DNA of 64,000 nucleotides from Octopus sinensis (Eukaryota). The notes under the pieces were generated by a model. The model was not told the origin of the DNA, did not search any database, and saw only the letters and a list, made by a program, of their open reading frames with translations. The DNA lies in NCBI RefSeq assembly GCF_006345805.1, contig NC_043025.1, forward strand, positions 496,001 through 560,000, read 5' to 3'. The translations under genes and the position numbers were made by a program. Positions 27,014-38,790 of the stretch are shown here, one piece after another (position 1 is the first letter of the stretch; each line of letters starts with the position of its first letter).

Positions 27014-27281
27014 CTTTAGTGACCAGATATTGCTCATATTTTTCCCATGTGTCGTCAATGTATTAATTTCACAAGTGGATAAAAGAAATTCTCATACTGG
27101 CGTGGAGGGGGCTGATATTCTAACTGCGACTGCATCTCCCTGTATTTCAGCGGCTCGGCAGAAAAGAATAAGTTAGAATAAATACTAGGCTTAGAAAGAA
27201 TAAGTGCTGCTGACGATGTGCTCGAAGAAGATAGATTGGTATATATATATATATATATATTTATAAAGATATATCAGATAT

Positions 27282-28998
27282 ATATAAACTTAGATATGTT
27301 TCGACCAAAGATTGGTCCAGGCCATGTCTAACTTAATAGCACCACCTGATAGGATTATTCGAATCCTGTTTAAGTCAAGTTTTGTTCAAGTAGTGAGTTC
27401 TTGTTGGGTGAGTTGTATCCAGTTTTGTTCAAGTAGTGAGTTCTTGTTGGGTGAGTTGTATCCAGTTTTGTTCAAGTAGTGAGTTCTTGTTGGGTGACTT
27501 GTATCCAATTATGGGTGGCTTATCTGGTATTCTTTGAAGGAATCTATCCAGACTCTGTTTAAAGTTGATGGGATCCTTTTCCTCTTTGATCTCTCTCGGG
27601 ACTGTTAAATAGGGCAGGGCCATTTGAGGAAAAGAAATTATGTTGCAGTGTACATGTATGTTGTGATCTTGAATTGGGCAGGGGACGTATAGCCCGTGGT
27701 CCAAGTCTTGGATGAACCTTGAAGCTAATGTTTAGGTCGTTTGGGCATAATTGGCGGTATATTTTCCACATCGTACAAATGATGTACCGCTCACGCTGGA
27801 GGGAGTAAAGTTTCAAGGCTTTAAGGCAATCCCAATAATCGAGAGCAGCCATGCCTTCAATTCGTTTAGTGAGTGCCCTCTGGGGTGACTCAATTCTGGA
27901 GATGTTTAGTCTTGTTTGAGGAGACCACAGTGGGCAGCAGTATTCAAGGTGTGGCCGTACAAAGGAGGAAAAAAGTGGTATGATGACACCTTGTTCTCTG
28001 GACCGGAAAGTTCTTAAGATCCAGGAACTCATCCTACGAGCTATATCGACCTTCTTGTTGATGTGTGCACTCCAACTGTGATGGTCATCAACAATTACAC
28101 CCAGTTCTCTGATATTGTTAGAGGCTGTGAGCGGTTCCCCTGAAGGAAGAGAGTATGGCTGTTTTAGTGAGGAGTTTCTTCCAAAATGCATCAGCTCAAA
28201 TTTCCCCTCGTTTAGTTGTATTTTGTTTCTGTTTGCCCATTGACTCACAGCATATAGATCAGACTGGAGTTGAGTTCGGTCTGCTTCTTCATTGACGATT
28301 TACTGGAGCTTGGTGTCATCAGCAAATATTTTCACTTTGCAGTAATGTACGACACTGGAAAGGTCGTTTATGTAGATTATGAAGAGTAGCGGACCCAAGA
28401 CAGTCCCCTGGGGGTCACCGCTGGTGGTGACTTTTGCTGGGCTTGAGTGGACTCCATCAACTACAACATGTTGTGTTGTATTCGCCAGGAAATACTTGAT
28501 CCAGTGTAGAACTTCAATGTGGTGTAAGAGCTGTGTTAGACAGTCCCTGCCACAGCGAAAGCCATGCTGTTTTGCATTTAGGAGTTTGTGGGTCTCCAGG
28601 AAGTCAGCCATCCTTGATCTTAACACTCTTTGAAACACTTTGATGATGTGGGAGGTGAGTGAGATTGGGCGATAGTTGAGTGCGAGGGATCTGTTTCCCT
28701 GTTTGAAAACCGGGATGACTGACTGGGATAGAAACTGTTTTGGTATATAACCTGCATCTAACGAATTTCTCCAGAGGTTGGTCAGTGGGACTGCAAGTTG
28801 GTGTTTACATTCCTTCAGGAGACTAACGGGGAATCCTATCAGGGCCTACAGCAGAGTAGTATTTGACCTCATTTATTGCTGCTACGATGTCAGTGGGAGT
28901 GAAGGTTATGTCTGCAATTTTGTGTTGGAAGTCAACTTCGTTCGCTTCTCTTACGTCAATATCAGTGGGAACACTAAAGACAGCAGTATTGTTTCTGC
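27282..28998 (-). mobile_element. CR1-group LINE, second copy of the 455-3186 family
   Basis: Same RT and 3' end, 5'-truncated, with (TA)n at both ends. Its deletions differ from those in copy 1. Confidence 0.92.
27379..27507. repeat. 43-bp unit x3 inside the CR1 3' region
   Basis: GTTTTGTTCAAGTAGTGAGTTCTTGTTGGGTGAGTTGTATCCA occurs three times; copy 1 has a single related unit. Confidence 0.9.
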
Positions 28999-29049
28999 AA
29001 TATATATATATATATAGAGAGAAACATGTATATACATATAGATATTTAT

Positions 29050-29270
29050 ATATATGTATATGTGTGTATGTTTCGGTGTCCCCAAAACCGCTTGACAACC
29101 AATGCCGGTGTTTTTTACACTCCATTAACTTATCCGTTCGGGAAAAGAAGACCAACAGAATAAATACTAGACTGACGTAGATAAAAGTCCTAGTGTCGAT
29201 TAGCTCTAGAAAAGGCTGTGCTCTAGCAGTGGCACATTGAAATGACTAAACAAGGAAAAGAGTAAAAGTG
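29050..29270 (+). mobile_element. SINE family A, decayed 3' half
   Basis: GCTTGACAACC...GGTGT...GAATAAATACTAG...GAAATGACT...GTAAAAG. Confidence 0.65.
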
Positions 29271-29349
29271 TATGCGGTACATATGAACACTATATTGTAG
29301 AGTTAATTAGCTTCCATAATACATTTTGATAATAGTCATGTATTTAAAT

Positions 29350-29600
29350 GTAAGGGAGGTAACTTTTGAAGATTTTTAAAGTTATCCCCCTTTGTAGAGT
29401 TACCCCCATTGAACTTTACAATTTGATAATACATAATAGTTATTTTATTAGATGTAAGGGAGGTGACTCTGAAAGATTTTTTAGTTATCTCCCTTTCTAG
29501 AGTTACTCCCCTTCTATATTATTATTAACTTATAACGTGAAGGTAAGTAACTCTGCGAAGGAAGATAACTCTAAATCTTCCCGAGTTCCCTTATATCTAA
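29350..29600. repeat. Cluster of imperfect palindromes AGGGAGRTAACT...AGTTATCTCCCT
   Basis: Arms at 29351-66 and 29378-92, again at ~29456-29495. Related copies lie at 29967-30025 and in each unit of the 20.6-27 kb array. Confidence 0.7.
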
Positions 29601-29611
29601 TTAAATTACTT

Positions 29612-29940
29612 TTACTCTTATACTTGTTTCAGTCATTTGACTGCGGCCATGCTGGAGCACCACCTTTTAGTACTTATTCTATCGGTCTCTTTTTGTCGAA
29701 CCGCTAAGTGACGGGGACCTAAATACACCAGCATCGGTTGTCAAGCAATGCTAGGGGGAAAAACACACACACATATACATATACATACGACAGGCTTCCT
29801 TCAGTTTCCGTCTACCAAATCCACTAACAAGGCATTGGTCGGCCCGGGGCTATAGCAGAAGACACTTGCCCAAGATGCCACGCAATTGGACTGAACCCGG
29901 AACTATGTGGTTGGTTAGCAAGCTACTTACCACTGCTTCG
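29612..29940 (-). mobile_element. SINE family A, near-full copy
   Basis: TACTTGTTTCAGTCATTTGACTGCGG...GGACTGAACCCGGAAC...AAGCTACTTACCAC. Confidence 0.85.
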
Positions 29941-30045
29941 CCTATTATGTATTAAATTATATATTCTAGGGAAGTGACTCTAGAAAGGGAAATAGGTACA
30001 AGATTTTCCACAGTTACTTCCCTTACATGTAATTACATTACGATT

Positions 30046-30110
30046 GGGGTTGGGTTGGGTTGGGTTAGGGTTAGGGTTAGTTTCAGGGTCGGGGTTAGGG
30101 TTGGGGTTAG
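30046..30110 (+). repeat. Interstitial telomere-like (TTAGGG/TTGGG) tract, G-quadruplex-prone
   Basis: GGGGTTGGGTTGGGTTGGGTTAGGGTTAGGGTTAG...GGGGTTAGGGTTGGGGTTAG. Confidence 0.8.
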
Positions 30111-31311
30111 CCTCGTTCACACATCATGCGTCCATGGAAACAAGCCTCGTTCACACATCATGCGTCCATACAAACAAGCCTCGTTCACTCGTCATGCGTC
30201 CACACAAACAAGCCTCGGTTACCCATCATGCGTCCATACAAACAAGCCTCGTTCACACATCATGCGTCCATACATACACGCCTCGTACACACATCATGCG
30301 TCCACACAAACAAGCCTCGTTCACCCGTCATGCGTCCATACAAACAAGCCTCGTTCACCCGTCATGCGTCCATACAAACAAGCCTCGTTCACCCGTCATG
30401 CGTCTATACAAACAAGCCTCGTTCACCCGTCATGCGTCCATACAAACAAGCCTCGTTCACCCGTCATGCGTCCATACAAACAAGCCTCGTTCACCCGTCA
30501 TGCGTCCATACAAACAAGTCTCGTTCACCCGTCATGCGTCCATACAAACAAGCCTCGTTCACACATCATGCGTCCATACAAACAAGCCTCGTTCACACGT
30601 CATGCGTCTATACAAACGAGCCTCGTTCACACATGCGTCCATACAAACAAGCCTCGTTAACACATCATGCGTCCATACAAACAAGCCTCGTTCACCCGTC
30701 ATGCGTCCATACAAACAAGCCTCGTTCACCCGTCATGCGTCCATACAAAGAAGCATCGTTCACCCGTCATGCGTCCATACAAACAAGCCTCGTTCACCCG
30801 TCATGCGTCCATTCAAACAAGCCTCGTTCACACGTCATGCGTCCATACAAAGAAGCCTCGTTTACACGTCATGCGTCCATACAAAAAAGCCTCGTTCACA
30901 CGTCATGCTTCCATACAAACAAGCCTCGTTCACACATCATGCGTCTATACAAACAAGCCTCGTTCACCCGTCATGCGTCTATACAAACAAGCCTGGTTCA
31001 CCCGTCATGCGTCTATACAAACAAGCCTCGTTCACACATGCGTCTATACAAACAAGCCTCGTTCACCCGTCATGCGTCCATACAAACAATCCTCGTTCAC
31101 CCGTAATGCGTCCATACAAACAATCCTCGTTCACCCGTAATGCGTCCATACAAACAAGCCTCGTTCACACATCATGCGTCAATACAAACAAGCCTCGTTC
31201 ACACATCATGCGTCCATACAAACTAGCCTCGTTCACACATCATTCGTCCATACAAACAAGCCTCGTTCACACATCATTCGTCCATACAAACAAGCTTCGT
31301 TCACACATCAT
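30111..31311. repeat. 34-bp minisatellite, ~35 copies, truncated by an assembly gap
   Basis: Unit CCTCGTTCACCCGTCATGCGTCCATACAAACAAG, with a few 31-bp variants and no spacers. Confidence 0.97.
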
Positions 31312-31411
31312 NNNNNNNNNNNNNNNNNNNNNNNNNNNNNNNNNNNNNNNNNNNNNNNNNNNNNNNNNNNNNNNNNNNNNNNNNNNNNNNNNNNNNNNNN
31401 NNNNNNNNNNN
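31312..31411. other. Assembly gap (100 N)
   Basis: Run of exactly 100 N, probably a placeholder length. Confidence 1.
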
Positions 31412-31639
31412 TTTAAGTCACTTTAAATAAAACCCTCAATTTAATAACAATGTGTACAAACTCTATACTTGGAGTGACCAACTTTAAATATTTGGAACTT
31501 ACTCACAAGGTACTGGACTCTTATATGTATACCATTCTGCCCAAATAATGGATCTACAGATGCAACATCCCTACATATCTCATGTCTATTTTCATTCCTC
31601 CATTCTTTGTTTCATATCTATTGCTTAACCATTTTCTTA

Positions 31640-33130
31640 CACTGTCTTGCAGTGTTTCTACAGCTGGATGCCCTTCCTTATGCCAACAAGTCAGAGCATA
31701 GTGGGTGCTTTTTATGTACCACTGGCACAGGAGCCAGAGGAGCTGGCATTGATCACAATCGGATGATGCTTTTTACATGCCACCAGTACAGAATTCAGTC
31801 AAAGCGGCACTGGCATTGGCCACGTCCGGATGGTGCTTTTTACATGCTACCAGCAAGGGGTTCACAACTACAATTTCCATTTGATTTAATTTTGATATTG
31901 CTGTTGATGTTGATGTACTTGACTCAATAGATCTCCTCAAGCACAGCATGTCACCCTACGATCCAAGGTACTTTTGAGTGGGCTGGTTATGCAACACTGG
32001 TGTAGTTTACAGCTGTGGACTCATTTTATTTGCTGGGTCTTCTCAGTCACAGCATACCTCCAGAGGTCTCTGTCTTTTGTCATTGCCTCTGTGAAGCCCA
32101 ACGTTCAAACGTCATACTTCGCCACCTCAACCCATATCTTCCTGGGTCTACCTCTACCCCGGATTCCTTCCACTGTTTGGGAGTGGCACTTCTTCACGCA
32201 GCTCTCCTTGTCCATCCATAGTGCATGACCATACCAATGCAAACGTCTCTCTTGCACGCCATATCCAATACTTCTTATGTCTAACATATCTCTCAGGGAG
32301 CTTACACACTGTTATGTGTTAACACTGGCATTACACATCCAGTGGATCATGGTAGCTTCATTTCTTTCAAGCCTACACATGTCTTCAGCAGCCATGAAGT
32401 ATGGCTGTTCGCACACATGCATCATACAATCTACCTTTCACTCTGAGTGAGAGACCCTTGTCACCAGTAGGGGTAGAAGCTTTCTGAACTTTGCCCAGGC
32501 TATTCTTATTCTAGCGGTAACACTCTCTGAGCATCCACTCCCCACTACAGACTTGGTCACCTAGGTAGCGGAAGCTATCAACTACTTCTAGTTTTTCTCT
32601 CCCTGGCATGTGATGGAATCTGTTTTCTGAGCATCTGTGGTGTTGATTGCCCCTGTCCATCTGCTGCATGTGAGAGCTATCTTCCTGGTTAATCTCCCTT
32701 TGATATTACTGCATCTCTTACGTGCATAGCTTAAACTGGGTACATCTTATGGAGTTTCTACCCAGACCTTTTCTATAGGTCGAACAAGGCCACCTACCTG
32801 AAGGGGTGTGTGTGATGTGGTCGCCTTCCTACTTACTAGAACTTTGGTCTTTACAACGTTGACTCTAAGGCCCATCGATTCTAAACCTGGCTTCCACACT
32901 TGATGTTTCTTCTCTAGTTCTGGTAGTGATTCTGCTATGAGGACCAGGTCATCAGCATAGAGCAGTTGCCAGGAGCAACCTGTCTTGAATTCCTCTGTTA
33001 TTACCTGGAGGACTATGATGAATAAGAGGGGGCTGAGGGCTGATCCTTGGTGGACCCCTACTTCTACCCGGAATTCTTCACTATACTCATTTCAATACTA
33101 ACCCTACTCTGTATAGGGCCTGTATACCCC
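31640..33130 (-). mobile_element. RTE LINE of the 1-4846 family, older decayed copy
   Basis: Reverse complement of EEFRVEVGVHQG...YADD...WYGH and of the 3' UTR (TTTCTACAGCTGGATGCCCTTCC). Confidence 0.9.
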
Positions 33131-33349
33131 TTATTAACCATTTGTCAATCCCCAGTTTCCCATTTGCCCACCAGATAAGGGATTGGGGGATCCTGTCAAA
33201 GACTTTCTCTGTCTGTCCTTGTTTGTCCCCTCTGTGTTTAGCTCTTTGTGGGTAGTAAAGAAATAGGTATTTCGTCTGCCGTTACGTTCTGGGTTCAAAT
33301 TCCGCAGACGTCGACTTTGCCTTTCATCCTTTCGGATGTTATAATATAA

Positions 33350-33405
33350 CACACTCACCGGTAAAATTCCCACTTTTTTTCTAATTTTTATTGCACTTGC
33401 AACCT
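33350..33405 (+). mobile_element. 3' terminus of a Helitron-like family (same as 34511-35045)
   Basis: ACACTCACCGGTAAAATTCCCACTTTTTT...TTGCAACCT is the reverse complement of 34511-34585. Confidence 0.7.
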
Positions 33406-33693
<288 letters not shown>

Positions 33694-34440
33694 ATGTTCA
33701 TCCTTCGGTTCGAAGATGACCACTTACATCATCTGGTGGAACTGCCGCTATGAGACCGGAGGTGGCTGGTGAGGCCAATCCGGCAGGAAGGAAGCCCCCT
33801 CCCACAGGTGGGGCAGAAGTGGGTAGGGGCCGTGCTACTGGTGCAGGCGGCTCTGGCTTTCCGCATCTGGCGTTTCTGCTCTGCTGACTGAATCCGTCTC
33901 TCCTCGGCTGTCTTTGCTCCTGTGGTGATTGCGCTGCGCCAGGATGAGCGGTCGGCAGCAAGTGTCTCCCAAGTCTCTGTGCCGATGGAGAAGTCTTTGA
34001 GAGAGACCTTGAGACTATCCTTGAAGCGCTTCTTGTGCCCTCCGACTTTGCGTTTGCCCTGGCTGAGTTCACCGTAGAAGAGCTGTTTTGGGATGCGAGT
34101 GTTGGACATGCGGGAGACGTGGCCCGCCCATCTCAGCTGGGCCTTGCGCATGACCGTGATGGTGCTAGGGAGATCTGCCTGCTTCAGAACTTCCGTGTCT
34201 GGGACTTTGTCCTGCCAGCGGATGTGAAGGAGGTTCCGAAGACACCTGAGGTGGAAGTAGTTTATCTGGCGCTCGTGACTTCGGTAAGCAGTCCACGTCT
34301 CGCAACCGTATAGTAGGGTGGTAAGCACGACTGCCCGGTAGACTTTCAGCTTGGTGTTGAGGCTGATTCCTCTCCGCTCCCAGACTTTCTTTCGCAGTCT
34401 CCCAAACGCGCTGCTTGCCTTGGAGATTCTGTTGATGATG
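33694..34440 (-). mobile_element. GC-rich RTE-BovB-like LINE 3' fragment with an uninterrupted ORF
   Basis: RISKASSAFGRL...LLYGCETW...LRWAGHVSRM...CPTCG...SHLRSH* followed by a short 3' UTR, TGGTCATCTTCGAACCGAAGGATGAACA. Confidence 0.92.
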
Positions 34441-34446
34441 ATATAT

Positions 34447-34495
<49 letters not shown>

Positions 34496-34510
34496 CATAC
34501 ATATGTATAT

Positions 34511-35045
34511 AGGTTGCAAGACGCAACGAAAATTTTAGGACAATAAAAATAAGAAAAAAGTGGGAATTTTACCGGTGAGTGTTTTACATAATAAGGCACA
34601 AAAAGAAAATGATTCTCTCCAGACACAACGGAATTATTGAACTTCAGTATTACAACAACCAAAAAATAGAAACACATTTTCTTATGCGAATATAGTGTTG
34701 CGTTGACAAATTCAATTTAAAGTTTTTATTCATTCTGCAAATCTTGTCCGTTGATCCCATGCTAAAAACGTCCAAACAGATATTGGTTTGAGTTTTACCT
34801 GTAGGGGTGAAAATGAAAAAATTGTCTTTGCTCCCCACACTGGAACCCCAGGATATGTCTGTGTGAAAAACAAGCCTTCTCTAATTGCAAAGAAGTAACT
34901 TTGAATGTCTGATCTTGGTACTTATCAATGGACATCGCAAGAGATTGTCGTATTGGAAATTGAAGTTGTTTGAGTTCGAAGGGAATATTTGAAGGTATTA
35001 AACTTAAGTGAGGCATAAATATATCTTCACCTTTTCCAAAGACAA
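34511..35045 (-). mobile_element. Helitron 3' portion encoding the Pif1-like helicase C-terminus (decayed)
   Basis: LIPSNIPFELKQLQFPIRQSLAMSIDKYQDQT...CFSH and FIFTPTGKT match the Helitron helicase motif QFPxRLAFAMTINKSQGQT...CFSHGQLY. The terminus is a GTTGC-GTCTT-GCAAC hairpin followed by CT. Confidence 0.85.
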
Positions 35046-35266
35046 AAAATATTCTGGCTTCTATGATATTTCTCGTTAATTTTTTGGATTTTCTTTTGTT
35101 ATTGTCTGCTATTCATACAGGCGCACAAGAAGTGTATGAACATACACACTACTTGTGTTTATACTTCTCTGTCTGTCTGTCTGTCTGTCTATATCTATTT
35201 ATCTACTATTATCTATCTCTCTCTATCTATCTATCTATCTATCTATATATAGATAAGATAGAGAGA

Positions 35267-35362
<96 letters not shown>

Positions 35363-35614
35363 AACTATAGATACAGGTACATAAAAATACCTTAGGAATG
35401 TGAACTCAGGTTTCAAATTTCCCCAAGACACCTGATGAAGCCTGGCGGGTATAAAAAATAACATCTACAATTTCTTCCCTTGCGTCATATAAAACCGACG
35501 TGAGAGTTTCAAATTGAAATGGGTTCGTTTTTCGCTTGCGAAGGGGACACGAGCATTGGCGCACCAAGTAGATTTCGGCATGTAAAAGCCTCATTCGAGG
35601 AAAATTTAAGTAAT

Positions 35615-35742
35615 ACTAAGCAATTAAGGGTTTAGCAACTGAGATCCCCCTTTTAGTAGAAAGAATAGCTATAACTCTTTGACTGCTATTTCTAAATTCG
35701 GTGTGTGGTGAGGCAATTCGTTGCTAAACCCTTAATTGCTTA

Positions 35743-35744
<2 letters not shown>
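35615..35744. mobile_element. MITE-like element, 130 bp with perfect 25-bp TIRs
   Basis: ACTAAGCAATTAAGGGTTTAGCAAC (35615-39) and its exact reverse complement (35720-44). Confidence 0.8.
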
Positions 35745-35788
<44 letters not shown>

Positions 35789-35936
35789 TATATATATATA
35801 CAGTCCTTAAATCGTAGTCTTCGTTACTGCTGGGGGCTCTTTCCATAAAGAAGTTTAGCATATAGCATCTGTTTAGGGATCCTCTGATCATTAATCTAAA
35901 GAAAATGTCCAGTCCATCATTATTCTCTGTGCTTTT

Positions 35937-36235
35937 ATCATCATCATTGTCGTTTAACGTCCGTTCTCCATGCTAGCATGGGTTGGACAGTTCGACCGGG
36001 GATCTGGGAAGCCAGAAGGCTGCACCAGGCTCCAGTCTTATCTGGCAGTGTTTCTACAGCTGGATGCCCTTCCTAACGCCAACCACTCCGTGAGTGTAGT
36101 GGGTGCTTTTTACGTGCCACCTGCACAGGTGCCAGGCGAGGCTGGCAACGGCCACGGTCGGATTGGTGTATTTTATGTGCCACCGGCACGGAAGCCAGAC
36201 GAGGCGGTGCTGGCATCGGCTACGAGTCGGATGAC
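35937..36235 (-). mobile_element. RTE 3' UTR-only fragment (or a SINE sharing the RTE tail)
   Basis: (CAT)n...TTTAACGTCCG...CTGGATGCCCTTCCTAACGCC, plus the 3' UTR repeat units. Confidence 0.85.
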
Positions 36236-36654
36236 AAATTCAACCTCTCTTCTCTAGGCAACAAATTTTCCTTTTGATGCTTTTAAAATATGAAAATTAC
36301 TTTGACAGTCATTGACCAGAACAAGATGAAGATCTCAGTCAGTAAAGGAATTTGTCTGGGGTCAGCAAAGTTTGAAGTTACTCTTTTTAGTTTTATAAAG
36401 TCACTAAAAGTCTTACGTTTTCTCAATTTAAAGAAAACTAACAGTTTTATAAATGAGTTTATTGCTACGCATTAAATGTTAAACTAAATTTGCTCCAGCT
36501 GGTCTATATAAACAGTAACCTATAACTTTGAACAGCCTTATTATTTTGTTGTGTATTTACATGGCATATAATGAGTGAATAGAATTTCTCCCCCAGTTAT
36601 CCAAGCAAAAAATCAGAAACTTATGTTATCAATTTATTTAGAATAATTTAGTAC

Positions 36655-36750
36655 AAGGTTTGATTCAAAATAATTTTGTTGTGTCTGGGGAGAGTCATTC
36701 TCTTTTAGTGCCTTATTATTTAACACACTCAACGGTAAAATTTCGTTTTG
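36655..36750 (+). mobile_element. Fragment of the same Helitron-like 3' region
   Basis: TTGTGTCTGGGGAGAGTCATTCTCTTTTAGTGCCTTATTAT...CACTCAACGGTAAAAT matches the reverse complement of 34560-34640. Confidence 0.6.
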
Positions 36751-37598
36751 CTTTAATAGTAATTATCAATTTCTGAATAAAGTTTCTTTTTATCTAATTT
36801 AAATATCTTGATTATTTAATTTGAAAACAATCAGGTTTGTTCACTTCTATCACAAAAGAATCCAATAAAAAGTGGAGAATACTTATGAGTCTTCCTTTCC
36901 AATTCCACAAAAGTCTGCTCGGTAGAGCTTCCTGTCACATCTTATAATGTACATAAAGGTCTCATGTGTGTTACTTATTTAATCTTGGTCTCTGCTGTAA
37001 GAACTTGAAATCTAATTTCAAATTAAAATAACAGTGGAGTAATATGAAGGTAAATATTGTAAGGAAGAATTGTACTCTTCCTTTATCTGAAGTTATTTAA
37101 AAAGAGGGAGACACATGCAATTAAAACAACAAATGTTGTGTCATTATTTTATTATCTCAGACTTTTTCAGCACAGCTATTGTTTAATTATAATTTTTTTG
37201 ATTTATTTTCATATGTATAATAGTGAAGTTTTATTTTTACTGACGAAAATTTCAGTAATTAGTAAATAACGAAGGTCATAAAGTAAGAATATAAAATTAA
37301 AATATTGTATATTGCACTCAAAACCCCCTGAATTTAAACCACAACAGGACAAAGTGAGATATATCCTTAGATACATCATGTATTATATAGAAATACTATC
37401 TCTATAGGATATATAAAGGGAAAAGACATCAATATATATATATACCAGACATTCTACTCTCAGCTAAAAATGAAGGTAGATAACTATCAATATAGCAGAA
37501 GATATTAAAACTGTCTATATAACAATGGGGTTGCTTGGGGGGGGGGTTAGATATACAACAACAGCAACAACAGTAAATGGACATTTCAAAGTTTGTCT

Positions 37599-37604
37599 TT
37601 ATTT
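37599..37604 (-). promoter_or_regulatory. Candidate polyadenylation signal of the death-domain gene
   Basis: AATAAA on the minus strand ~240 bp after the stop codon. Confidence 0.4.
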
Positions 37605-37845
37605 TAAATGTGAATTTTTAACAAAGGAGCCAAACCAGTGAAGGGATCACTATGTGGTTGATATACCTGCTAGAATTAGTAGCTAAATTCACACGATACC
37701 ACTGTACAGAAGGGCATATTGGACAATGTGGTTGTGGGTTCTCTTTGGAAATAGGCATGATGGTCTTGGCTGGCATGCGTTTGATCATAAGTCTCTGTTT
37801 GGTCAAGGTTAATCTGAGGCTAAACAACAACAGTTACACAGAAAT

Positions 37846-38045
37846 TCACTTTGCGTCTAATGACAGACATTCCATCGCAGCGAAACATTCAGCTTCTTCA
37901 AGAGCTGCACTTAATGTTGCGTGTGTCCGTGTTTCTGGGTCGCAATTCCTGTACCATTCGTAAAGCATCAGGTAGCCTTGTTTTACAGCGTCAATAGACT
38001 CATCATCAATTTTCAGTTTAGTTGTATCAACTCCTAAAAAAATCG
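37846..38045 (-). CDS. Death-domain protein, terminal coding exon
   Basis: Acceptor TGTGTCTTTTGCAG, phase 1. Encodes (A)IFLGVDTTKLKIDDESIDAVKQGYLMLYEWYRNCDPETRTHATLSAALEEAECFAAMECLSLDAK*, with the death-domain pattern LG...ML..W...T...L..AL. Confidence 0.82.
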
Positions 38046-38299
38046 CTGCAAAAGACACAACAATAAGAGATAAATGCAACAACATCAACAATATTAACAA
38101 TAATATAAAAGATGTGTGTTGTTATAAACATAACAAAGAAACTATTTCAAGAGAGAAATATAAAAAAATAGCTAAGAAACAAGAAAAATATAAGACATTG
38201 TTTTCTATTTCTAGGGATGATGAGAAAAATAACAAAGTGGTTAAATTAAAGGTGATTTAAAAAAAAACATTAATTGAAGTTTACACTTGAGAATCTTTT

Positions 38300-38790
38300 A
38301 AGGTAAACCGATGGCAGATGTGTTTGTGAAGGCAAAAGTGTATGAGAACCTAAAGAATCAACATAGGGTACCAACAGGCAAACCATTTGATCCATTCATT
38401 TCCTCTGCTCAATATTTCTGGGAGAGTTGTGGGGATAGAGTCCCCAGGCATTTCTTCCATAGGGGCCTATCAGATGTAACCATCATTACATATTTTGGTT
38501 GGATTCCCAAGCATCAACAACTAAGTCTATGGATATCATCCAACTATTTAGTGCTTGGTCTACCCCTGGGTCTCCTACTCCATTGGTTTGACTTTGAGAA
38601 CCTGTCTTGTAATTCATTCCTGCGACATTCTGATCACATGTCCTAGGTACCAGAGATGTGAAGAAGTGGCTCAACCTGGAGAGACTCCCAGATCTCTGAA
38701 CTATACATCCTATTGGGTAACATTACTCCAGAGACCCTTCAGAGAAATCCCATATATCTGTCTTAATCTGGCAGATTTCAGATCTGATAT
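38300..38790 (-). mobile_element. Very old non-LTR (RTE-like) fragment in the intron
   Basis: Residual GHVIRM...RQVLKVKP motif, with many stops. Confidence 0.5.

Noticed and set aside
20484-27100. Whole tandem array as one complete Helitron
   Set aside because: No 3' hairpin plus CTRR terminus was found at the array's right end; kept only as a hypothesis.
30046-30110. Relic chromosome end or fusion site
   Set aside because: The tract is only ~65 bp and degenerate, has no head-to-head CCCTAA partner, and the satellite lies on the wrong side of the G-rich strand.
30111-31311. 34-bp array as a CRISPR locus
   Set aside because: The units are contiguous with no unique spacers, there are no cas genes, and the context is eukaryotic.
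35425-35460. Hammerhead core CTGATGA near 35431
   Set aside because: No stem II closure or GAAA half follows; at most a truncated remnant.
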